Below are positions 9,146 through 16,602 of a stretch of DNA of 38,326 nt, in pieces; position 1 is the stretch's first letter; each line of letters begins with the position of its first letter. Source of the stretch: Myxococcota bacterium (GTDB lineage: Bacteria > Myxococcota_A > Bradymonadia > UBA7976 > UBA1532); contig JAHJCH010000114.1 of NCBI GenBank assembly GCA_018813065.1, positions 1 through 38,326 on the forward strand, in the 5' to 3' direction. The position numbers and the translations under genes are program-made. Below the pieces are notes generated by a model, which did not search any database, had not been told where the DNA came from, and was given only the letters and a program-made list of their open reading frames with translations.

Positions 9146-10090
9146 ATGATGCCCATCATGGACAGCCCATTCTCCGCCAAGCTTAAGCGGCTCCGCCGCA
9201 ACCTCAGCCTGCGGGGGGTCTTTCTCCTCCTCGCCTTGGGCGTCATCTTGCCCGCGCTCGCCTCCACCTCGGTGGGCATCGTCGCCCTCGTCATCGGCGA
9301 GGGCGACGACGATCTCGTCATCGGGGTGCTGGTCGTCTCCTTCACCGCCGTGGCGATCGGCGCGTCCGTCGCCGCCACGATCCTGCTCGGCGTGCGCGCC
9401 CGCACCGCCCGACTCCAAGCGGATCTGCTGGCCAACGTCAGCCACGAGCTGCGTACGCCCCTGGCGGTCATCCGGATGTACGCCCAGACGCTCCAGCACA
9501 AGCGCTTCGAGCGCCCCGAGCAGGAGGAGGCCTGCGTGGAGACCATCATCCGAGAGACGGAGCGGCTTGAGGCGATGATCCAGCGCGTGCTGACGTGGCG
9601 GGCCGCCGCCAAGGATCGAGACGTCGCGGCGATCGAGCGCGCGCCGCTGAGCCCGACGGTGGCGCAGGCCATCGCTCGCTTCCAGCGGATGCTGGCGCCC
9701 GGAGAGGTGGAGCTGGACGTCGAGCTCGACGCGGAGGTCCAAGCGCGGCACGATCCCCATCAAATCACAGAGTCGGTGCTCAACCTCTTGGTCAACGCGC
9801 ATAAATACACACGATCGCCGCGCCGCGTGCGCGTGCGCACCCTACTTCAAGGTGAGATGGCCGCCATCGTCGTCGAGGACAACGGCGTGGGGATCCCTCA
9901 CGCGGAGATCAAGCGGATCTTCGATCCCTTCTATCGCGTGCAGCGGACGAATCACAAAGCCGCGGGCGCGGGCCTGGGGCTGGCGATCGTCCGTCATATC
10001 GCCAAGGTGCATGGGGGGCAGATCCTCGTAGAGAGCGAGGTGGGGGTGGGCAGCGCCTTCACCCTCCAGATCCCGGGGGCGGCGCCATGA
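9146..10090 (+). CDS. Sensor histidine kinase (HisKA + HATPase_c) with two N-terminal TM helices and essentially no extracytoplasmic domain
   Basis: H-box ANVSHELRTPLAVI, N-box LNLLVNAHKYT, G1 DNGVGIP and G2 GAGLGLAIV. An alternative GTG start at 9083 would overlap the MMPL gene. Confidence 0.85.
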   Translation: MMPIMDSPFSAKLKRLRRNLSLRGVFLLLALGVILPALASTSVGIVALVIGEGDDDLVIGVLVVSFTAVAIGASVAATILLGVRARTARLQADLLANVSHELRTPLAVIRMYAQTLQHKRFERPEQEEACVETIIRETERLEAMIQRVLTWRAAAKDRDVAAIERAPLSPTVAQAIARFQRMLAPGEVELDVELDAEVQARHDPHQITESVLNLLVNAHKYTRSPRRVRVRTLLQGEMAAIVVEDNGVGIPHAEIKRIFDPFYRVQRTNHKAAGAGLGLAIVRHIAKVHGGQILVESEVGVGSAFTLQIPGAAP

Positions 10091-10764
10091 GCGAGACGAT
10101 CTTGGTGATCGAAGACGAAGACGCGCTCCGCGAGGGGTTGGGCTTGAACCTTCGCCTCGCGGGCTATGAGGTGCGCCTCGCCCCCGATGGGATGACGGGG
10201 CTAGGGCTGGTGGTGGAGCTGAGCCCCGCCTTGCTCGTGCTGGATATGATGCTGCCGGATCTGGATGGCCTGGAGATCATCGACACCCTGCGTGGGCAGG
10301 GGGATGATGTGCCGATCTTGGTGTTGTCGGCGCGGAGCACGACGGAGGATAAGATCGAGGGGCTGAAGCTGGGGGCGGATGATTATCTATCTAAACCTTT
10401 CGAGCTGTCCGAGCTGCTGGCGCGGGTGGAGGCGATGCTGCGCCGCCGTCGTGCGCGCGTGCGAGAGCGCTTGTGCTTCGGTGAGATCTGCATTGATATG
10501 GAGGCGCGGGAGGTGACACGGGCAGATGAGGTGGTGGCGCTGTCGGCCAAGGAGTTTAATCTATTGTATTTATTGGCGCGTTCGCCTGGTCGGACTTTTA
10601 GTCGGGAGCTGATCTTGGATCGCGTCTGGGGCTGGGGCTTTGAGGGGACCAGCCGGACGGTCAATAATTTTATATTGAGCTTGCGGCATAAGCTGGAGGA
10701 TAACCCCAAGCGGCCGCGACATATCAAGACGGTGCGGCAGGTGGGGTATAAGCTCGTTCGATAA
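10087..10764 (+). CDS. OmpR/PhoB-family response regulator (receiver + winged helix)
   Basis: Start overlaps the HK stop (ATGA). Receiver motifs (LVLDMMLPDLDG, SARSTTEDKIEGLKLGADDYLSKPF). C-terminal trans_reg_C signature (...RTVNNFILSLRHKLE...VRQVGYKL). Confidence 0.9.
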   Translation: MSETILVIEDEDALREGLGLNLRLAGYEVRLAPDGMTGLGLVVELSPALLVLDMMLPDLDGLEIIDTLRGQGDDVPILVLSARSTTEDKIEGLKLGADDYLSKPFELSELLARVEAMLRRRRARVRERLCFGEICIDMEAREVTRADEVVALSAKEFNLLYLLARSPGRTFSRELILDRVWGWGFEGTSRTVNNFILSLRHKLEDNPKRPRHIKTVRQVGYKLVR

Positions 10765-10882
10765 CGCTGCGCGTGAGTAGGCAGTGGACAATAGAGCGTT
10801 GGAACAGCTCTAAGATTTGGCGGAGTGAGGTAAATATCCACGTCTACTAAAGAATCGCCCCGTATTCGGGGGGAGGATACTT

Positions 10883-12460
10883 ATGTCGATGTTTTCGCTG
10901 ATCATCGCTCTCCTGATCACGCCCGCCCCCGCTGAGGAGCGGCTCACCTTAACGGTGACACCCTACGCCGAAGATCTACACAGTTGGTCACCGGCGCGCG
11001 TGGATGAGGCCATGAGCTTGGCGGCGTGGTATCTCAAGAAGTGCCGTATTGACCTTGACTGGGCGCCGATCAAGCCGCTGCGCCCAGGCGATGAGACCGA
11101 CTTAACGACGCTCCAGCGCACGAACCGTCACGATGAGCTGCTCTTGTTGTTGCGGGCGCCAGGGGACCGGCGCGCATACGCGCTGAGCGGCGTGGCCAAT
11201 CTGCGCCGCGTCCACGGTGGCTGGGTGGCGGAGACGGCTTGGACCAACACGATACTCGCCCTCGCGGAGGTGCTTGGCCGAGGTAAGCTCAAGCGCTGGC
11301 CGAGCCCTGAGGGGGCAGACGGCGAAGCCTCGCGGGCGTTGGCGCACCTCGCCATGCTCTACGCAACAGCGCAGGGCTGGATCACGATGGCCCCGGCGAT
11401 CACCGAAAAGCACTGCGCCTTCCTGCAACGGAGGCTGAGCCACCTCAGCAAGCAGCGGCCTCGACAAGCGGGCGGGCGGAGGCCTCTGAGCGAGAAGGGG
11501 CCTCAAGCGATCCATGGCTTGACGCTGCCACGCGCGCCCCAGGCGCTGCTTATGGCCGATGTGCCAGCCCGTGATGCCTATCAAGCGGCGGTGAAGGTGG
11601 CCGCAACCTCTTGGCGTCTGCTCACGTGGTATCCACACCAAGTGCAGCTCCATAAAGGCGTCATCGAGGTGCCGGGCGAGGGCCTCGCGCTGCTGCGCGT
11701 GGGCTGGATGCCGCTGTTTATCTCGAAGAACAACGACGCGGTGCATATCACCTGGGCGCATGTCTATGCCCGCGACCTGAAGCAGTACCGTCGAGGGCGT
11801 CGGCTCAAGGGCTGCGCGCGGCTGCTCGCCGCCGATGTCGTACAAGCGGGTCATGACCTGCCCGCCCAGCATCCAGGCGTGGCGATGGTCGTCTGTGACA
11901 ATCGCGTATATCAGATCACGCCGCTGCTCTCTCACGATGAGCGCGTTGACACGCTGCCGCCCATGCGTTGGGCCACGATCACGCGCTGGGGGCCTGGCCG
12001 CGCGCAGCTGATCGCCGCGCATCCGGACGGGGTGGGCGTCTATACCCTGTGGCCTGGTCATCCACCGCAGCGGGTCAAGACGCCTGAGGCGGTGGCCGCG
12101 CTGGCGGCGCTCGCCGACGCGCCGATTTGGCAGGGTTTGGGCGTCGAGCCCGTGCAGTTAACCCCGAATGTTCTGCGCACACCCACGACATCGCGGCCTC
12201 TGGGTGATGGCGCTCGGGCGTGGTTCAGCGGGCATCAGCAGCGGGCCTTGCGGCTCAAGGCCACGGCGAGCGGCTTGAGCTTTCGCAGCGACAGCCTGAT
12301 TGGGGGCGCGTCGCGCCAGGTGACTTTGCCCGTAGGCGCGATCTGGGCCATTCAACCCGGTGACGTCGGGCCGCTCTTATGGGCGCTGACCCTCATCAAC
12401 GGGCGTTGGCATCTGTATCCCGCTTTCGAGCCCGGGTGGAGTATGAGCGTTGAGCCATAG
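10883..12460 (+). CDS. Hypothetical secreted protein (525 aa)
   Basis: Strong RBS (GGAGGA, 6 nt spacer). N-terminal signal peptide MSMFSLIIALLITPAPA. High GC3. No family recognised. Confidence 0.6.
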   Translation: MSMFSLIIALLITPAPAEERLTLTVTPYAEDLHSWSPARVDEAMSLAAWYLKKCRIDLDWAPIKPLRPGDETDLTTLQRTNRHDELLLLLRAPGDRRAYALSGVANLRRVHGGWVAETAWTNTILALAEVLGRGKLKRWPSPEGADGEASRALAHLAMLYATAQGWITMAPAITEKHCAFLQRRLSHLSKQRPRQAGGRRPLSEKGPQAIHGLTLPRAPQALLMADVPARDAYQAAVKVAATSWRLLTWYPHQVQLHKGVIEVPGEGLALLRVGWMPLFISKNNDAVHITWAHVYARDLKQYRRGRRLKGCARLLAADVVQAGHDLPAQHPGVAMVVCDNRVYQITPLLSHDERVDTLPPMRWATITRWGPGRAQLIAAHPDGVGVYTLWPGHPPQRVKTPEAVAALAALADAPIWQGLGVEPVQLTPNVLRTPTTSRPLGDGARAWFSGHQQRALRLKATASGLSFRSDSLIGGASRQVTLPVGAIWAIQPGDVGPLLWALTLINGRWHLYPAFEPGWSMSVEP

Positions 12461-12485
12461 GCGCAGGGTGAGGCTGAGCCTGCGC

Positions 12486-12506
12486 TTAAAAAACGACAGC
12501 TGTCGT
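12486..12506 (-). terminator. Intrinsic terminator for the glycosyltransferase gene. Hairpin acgacag/ctgtcgt followed by TTTTT on the - strand.
   Basis: Perfect 6-7 bp palindrome 3 nt after the - strand stop codon, then a T-run. A second GC stem, gcgcagg...cctgcgc at 12461-12485, follows the + strand gene. Confidence 0.5.
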
Positions 12507-12508
12507 AA

Positions 12509-13645
12509 TTAAGCGCCGCGCGCGGCTTGGCAGAGATCGAGGATGCGCCGCGCGCGGGCGTCCCAGGTGTACGCCGAGGCCACCTCCAGGGCGGCGGCGG
12601 CCAGCGCCTCCATCCGCGCTGGCGCCGCCAACGTCGCTCGCAGGGCCTCCGTGGCCGCAGCCACGTCGTCGGGGGGCACCAACACCGCGTCCTCATCGTT
12701 TAAAAGCTCGCGCGTGTCAGGCGCCCTCGGCGCCAAGATCACCCGCCCCGCCGCTAAATAGGAAAACAGCTTCATCGGCAGCACCGTGTTGCCATGCCGC
12801 GTCAGCGGCGCGCCCGTGGGCGGCACCAAGAGCACGTCCGCGGCGTAGAGATACTCCACCGTCGCGGAGTACGCCTGCCAAGGCGCGAAGATCACGTTCT
12901 CCAAGGCGGCCCCCTCGCGCTCCAGCGGGCCGCCCGGCCCCCTGGAGCCGACGATCAAGAAGCGCACTTGGGGTAAACGTCGCGCCATCTCCAAGAGCAA
13001 GCCCACGCCCTTCTCAGGATCAACGCGCCCGGTGTAGCAGGCGATCGGCTTGTCATCGGGCAGGCCAAGGCGCGCGCGCGCCTCGGCGCGGCTGAGCCCT
13101 TGAAAGCGGCGGGGATCAAAGCCGTTGTGCTGCACTGAGATCTTGCCTGGGGCGACGCCCAGGGCGCGGAAGCTCTCCGCCGCGTGCTCTGAGTGCGTGG
13201 CGAGCCCGATGAGGCGCGGGTGGGCCAGGGCGCGGCGCAGCGCGGGGCGCAGCGCGGGGAGCTGTGTCGGCCAAGGCCGGTATGTCTCGTAAAAAACAGG
13301 CAAATCACGCCGCAACGCGGCGAACAAGACCGGCAGGTGACGGGTATGAATCCAGTCCACGGCGCGGAGGCGAGGATCAGCGGCGAAGCGCCGCGCGAAG
13401 CGCAGCTTCTGGATACCGCGCAGCTGAGGCGCGGTGGGGCCGACGTTGAGGGCCTCGAAGGTCAGGGGGCCAGAGATGTCATAGTGGGCCTTGAGCGCGT
13501 CGTCGTCGTCGCCCAGCGTCGTCGCCCACAGCGCCACCTCAGCGCTTGTGCGCGCCAAGGCGGCGGTGGTGTTGACCACCTGCTCCGAGTCCGCGCCGAG
13601 GTTGGGGAGGGGTTGATCATAGGCATAGACAATCTTGGGGGACAT
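12509..13645 (-). CDS. Glycosyltransferase, GT4 / group-1 family (378 aa)
   Basis: C-terminal GT-B signature region (...ADVLLVPPTGAPLTRHGNTVLPMKLFSYLAAGRVILAP..., an E-x7-E-type motif variant). Length typical of the family. Confidence 0.8.
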   Translation of the reverse strand: MSPKIVYAYDQPLPNLGADSEQVVNTTAALARTSAEVALWATTLGDDDDALKAHYDISGPLTFEALNVGPTAPQLRGIQKLRFARRFAADPRLRAVDWIHTRHLPVLFAALRRDLPVFYETYRPWPTQLPALRPALRRALAHPRLIGLATHSEHAAESFRALGVAPGKISVQHNGFDPRRFQGLSRAEARARLGLPDDKPIACYTGRVDPEKGVGLLLEMARRLPQVRFLIVGSRGPGGPLEREGAALENVIFAPWQAYSATVEYLYAADVLLVPPTGAPLTRHGNTVLPMKLFSYLAAGRVILAPRAPDTRELLNDEDAVLVPPDDVAAATEALRATLAAPARMEALAAAALEVASAYTWDARARRILDLCQAARGA

Positions 13646-13716
13646 GAAGGCTCCAGTGCTGCGAGGCGCGCCCGCTTAGCACAAAGTAAGCCTGTGGTGA
13701 AGGGGCGGGGCGCGGC

Positions 13717-14859
13717 TCACCGCGCGGCGCTGAGGGCCTCGAAGCTGCGGCGGGCGAGGTGCTGCGTGCGCTTGAGCGCGTCCTCATTCAAGCCCAGGAA
13801 GCGGGCGTAGGGCTGCGCCGCCTCGGGGAGCGGCGCCTCATCGGGCTCCAGCAAGGCATAGGCGAGCTGATTGGCGAGCTGCACGACGCCGACAAGGCCC
13901 CCGTGCGGCTGGGGATCGTGGTGCTGGGTCGCGACGTCGAGGAAGGTCTTATCAAAGCGCCACTTGGTCAAGAGCGTCGCGCCGAAGCGCCCATGGAGGC
14001 TGTCGATGATGGTCATCACCTCGTCCTCGGGCAGATCATCCTCCTCGTCGGAGAGGATCTGGTAGAGGACCGCCTTGCCGATGTCATGGAGGAGCCCATG
14101 GAGGAAGTAGCTGGGCGGGTTGGGGGCCTCCAGCTCATAGGCGATCTGCTCGCTGAGCGAGGCGGTGATCAAGCTATGAACCCACAGCGCCTTGATCGCG
14201 CCCTTGCGCCGCATCGTCGAGAAGTTAAAGAGCTGTTGATTGCACTCAGTCATCAAGAACTTGCTCAGCTCACGCGAGCCGACGCGCATGATGGCGTCAT
14301 TGAGCGTGCGGGGGGGGCGACCACGGCCCATAAAGAAGGGCGAGGCGCCCAGGGCCATCAGCTTGGCGCTGAGGGCGGGATCGCGCTTGACGACCTCCAC
14401 GAGCTTAGAGACGTCGTAGTCTGGATCAGCCAGGATGCGGTTGACCTGGGCGCCCGTCTCGGGGGGCTGGGGGAGCTTGAGCGGGCCGCGTTGGGCGCGG
14501 GCGATGACGCGCTGGATGGCGGAGCGGGGCGCCGCCTCGACGCTGGGCGGCGGGGCCACCTCGGCGGGTGTCCCCTCGGGATCAACGCCCAGCTCAAGGG
14601 CGCGGTTGATCCCATCGCGGGCGCCAGCGGCGTAGAGCGCCAAGAACAGCCGCCGCAGCCGCGCTTGGGTCGGCGCGCCGAGGTGCCCCAGCAGCTGATG
14701 ACCCAGCGCCCCCTCCTCCAGCTCATCCAGCAGGCGCTCGACGCCCTCCCCCTCGGGCAGCGCCACCACCACGCCGCGATGCTTTATCCGCGTCAAGCTC
14801 ACCTCCGAGCGCAGGTTATACCGTGAACGGCGGCGCGCTCCAAAAACGACATTCCTCAT
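13717..14859 (-). CDS. HDOD-domain signalling protein with an N-terminal domain of unknown type
   Basis: HD-related output domain motifs (HSLITASLSEQIAYELE...HGLLHDIGKAVLYQIL). Confidence 0.65.
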   Translation of the reverse strand: MRNVVFGARRRSRYNLRSEVSLTRIKHRGVVVALPEGEGVERLLDELEEGALGHQLLGHLGAPTQARLRRLFLALYAAGARDGINRALELGVDPEGTPAEVAPPPSVEAAPRSAIQRVIARAQRGPLKLPQPPETGAQVNRILADPDYDVSKLVEVVKRDPALSAKLMALGASPFFMGRGRPPRTLNDAIMRVGSRELSKFLMTECNQQLFNFSTMRRKGAIKALWVHSLITASLSEQIAYELEAPNPPSYFLHGLLHDIGKAVLYQILSDEEDDLPEDEVMTIIDSLHGRFGATLLTKWRFDKTFLDVATQHHDPQPHGGLVGVVQLANQLAYALLEPDEAPLPEAAQPYARFLGLNEDALKRTQHLARRSFEALSAAR

Positions 14860-14991
14860 AAGATTGGCCGCAATGTTGCGCCATCAAGGGCAAGGACAAT
14901 TGCATCAAATGATTTAATTTCAATATCTTAGCTGACTTAATGGTCACGCCGCGCGCCCCGAAGATTTCTCCCGCATGACGATTCACCTTTC

Positions 14992-15009
14992 TTTCTAAAT
15001 TTTCTAAAC
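14992..15009. promoter_or_regulatory. Tandem TTTCTAAA(T/C) direct repeat in the AT-rich divergent intergenic region between the HDOD gene and the XRE regulator. Candidate operator.
   Basis: Two adjacent 9-nt repeats, 58 nt upstream of the XRE start, in a local GC trough. Confidence 0.3.
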
Positions 15010-15066
15010 TGACGTCTGGACGCAGCCGTTAGGGCGTAAATATCTCCAAGGGATAATGGGGGAGCT

Positions 15067-15501
15067 ATGCAACAGCAGACGAGCTTTGGGCAGATTCTAT
15101 ATCGACGACGCAAGGAGCTTGGGCTCACGCAGAGCCAGCTGGCCAGGATGATTGGCGTGCAGCCTAACTACATAGTTTATCTAGAGAAAGGTGAGCGCCA
15201 CCCCTCGGATCGTACGGTCAAAAAGGTGGCCGTGGCGCTTGAGCTTGATAAGGGAGAGCTGTTCCTCGCGGCGAATCCACAGGTGCGCGACTTTCTAAAC
15301 GTAGATGAGGATAACGTGATCCACCACGAGTACTTGCCCATCGGGCTTAAAGCGCTCTTGGAGGATGATGATCTATGCAATTTATTTGATATTACTGGCG
15401 AAGAAATCGCACTTTTGGCGAAAATTCGCTTTGATGGGCGTGTGACAGAAGCTCAACAGTACTTATCTCTCCTATTAAATATAAGATATATCTTCTCTTA
15501 G
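15067..15501 (+). CDS. XRE (Cro/C1)-family helix-turn-helix transcriptional regulator (144 aa)
   Basis: N-terminal HTH_3 signature (LGLTQSQLARMIGVQPNYIVYLEKGERHPSDRTVKKVAVALEL). The C-terminal third has lower GC. Confidence 0.75.
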   Translation: MQQQTSFGQILYRRRKELGLTQSQLARMIGVQPNYIVYLEKGERHPSDRTVKKVAVALELDKGELFLAANPQVRDFLNVDEDNVIHHEYLPIGLKALLEDDDLCNLFDITGEEIALLAKIRFDGRVTEAQQYLSLLLNIRYIFS

Positions 15502-15503
15502 TT

Positions 15504-16391
15504 TTATTTATCCTCTGAATGGGTCAAATCAAGCGCGTAATGCGCCCAGATTCGGAAACTCCAAAAGCCGAGCTTGAGCGTCAACGAGTCCAGCGCGTCT
15601 TGATCCTCCGAGACCCGCAGAGCGAGGCCACACCCCGCCGTCGCCGCCGCGCGCATGGCCTCCACTAAGAGGAGGCGGCCTACGCCGCTGCCCCGCTGAT
15701 CTGGCCGCACCGCGAGGGCGCCGACCTCCCAGGCGTCGCGCAGCGGGTAGATGATCACCGCCCCAACGTCCTCCCCACCCCGCGCGGCGATCCGCGCCCA
15801 GGCGCGCCCCGCTTGGATGTCCTCCTGGTCAACCCAAGGGGGCGGCCACGCCTGGGGATCAAAGGCGCGGATCAACGCCGTGAGGCGCTCGGCGTCCACG
15901 CTGGCGCGCAGCGTCGCGCTGTGAAAAGCCGGCGCGACCTCCTCGACCTCGCCATCCCAGCGCCTCAACGTACACAGCTGTCGTGGCTGGAAGCCCTCGC
16001 GCTCAAGGAGCCGCCGCGCCGCGACGCTCGTCGGATCAAAGCTGGCGTAGGCGCGCCTCTCCTGCCTCAAGAGCCGCCTCAGTAACGCCCGGCCCACCCC
16101 ACGCCGCCGATGCTTGGGGATCACGCTCACCCCGATGGCCGACCACCCCCCCATCTCTCGACGCCAGCAGACCCCAAGCGCGCTCCCATCCCGAACGGCG
16201 AGGTGCGCTTCTTGGCTGCGCTCAATCCATAAAGCAGAGACCGGCGCGGCGAGGAAGTCGCCCATGCGGATCGCTGAGAGGCAGCTCGTCAGCGCGCCGT
16301 GGGGGGCGAGGCTGAGCGGGATTAAATCGTAGGTGTTGGTGCTCTCCACGCCCACGCTCCATCCTGGCTTGTGCTCCTCCTTATGGCTCAA
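15504..16391 (-). CDS. Tandem GNAT-fold N-acetyltransferase (295 aa)
   Basis: Two acetyl-CoA-binding motif A copies (PKHRRRGVGRALLRRLL and RPDQRGSGVGRLLLVEAM). Confidence 0.75.
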   Translation of the reverse strand: MSHKEEHKPGWSVGVESTNTYDLIPLSLAPHGALTSCLSAIRMGDFLAAPVSALWIERSQEAHLAVRDGSALGVCWRREMGGWSAIGVSVIPKHRRRGVGRALLRRLLRQERRAYASFDPTSVAARRLLEREGFQPRQLCTLRRWDGEVEEVAPAFHSATLRASVDAERLTALIRAFDPQAWPPPWVDQEDIQAGRAWARIAARGGEDVGAVIIYPLRDAWEVGALAVRPDQRGSGVGRLLLVEAMRAAATAGCGLALRVSEDQDALDSLTLKLGFWSFRIWAHYALDLTHSEDK

Positions 16392-16450
16392 GCGCGCGCT
16401 GAGGTGAAGTCTATCTTTTGTATCTAACCTGCTCTGATTCGTTGATTTCG

Positions 16451-16475
16451 CGCCGCGAGGGCGCGGCGATTTTTA
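16451..16475 (+). terminator. Terminator-like hairpin (cgccgcg-aggg-cgcggcg followed by aTTTTTa) in the leader region upstream of the giant secreted-protein gene
   Basis: 7-bp GC stem, 4-nt loop and a T-run on the + strand. There is no + strand gene immediately upstream, so it may be an attenuator or insulator. Confidence 0.35.
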
Positions 16476-16529
16476 GGCGGTGAGGCTTGTCAGTCGCGGA
16501 GGCTTGCTCTCATCATCTGGTACGCAGCT

Positions 16530-16558
16530 CGCAAAATAAGTTTTGCGTGAGTTTTGCG
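16530..16558. promoter_or_regulatory. Perfect palindrome CGCAAAA-TAAG-TTTTGCG plus a third AGTTTTGCG half-site. Candidate operator about 45-75 nt upstream of the giant gene start.
   Basis: 7-bp inverted arms read directly, and a repeated half-site 4 nt downstream. Confidence 0.3.
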
Positions 16559-16602
16559 AGTCCCGCGCAAAGCACCCTTAACATCCATCAGGAGGCGCCC
16601 TT

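Noticed and set aside
15067-16391. XRE regulator + GNAT as a GNAT-toxin/antitoxin pair
   Set aside because: The genes are convergent, not co-directional with antitoxin upstream. The GNAT is a 295-aa tandem-domain enzyme, unlike about 170-aa AtaT/TacT toxins.
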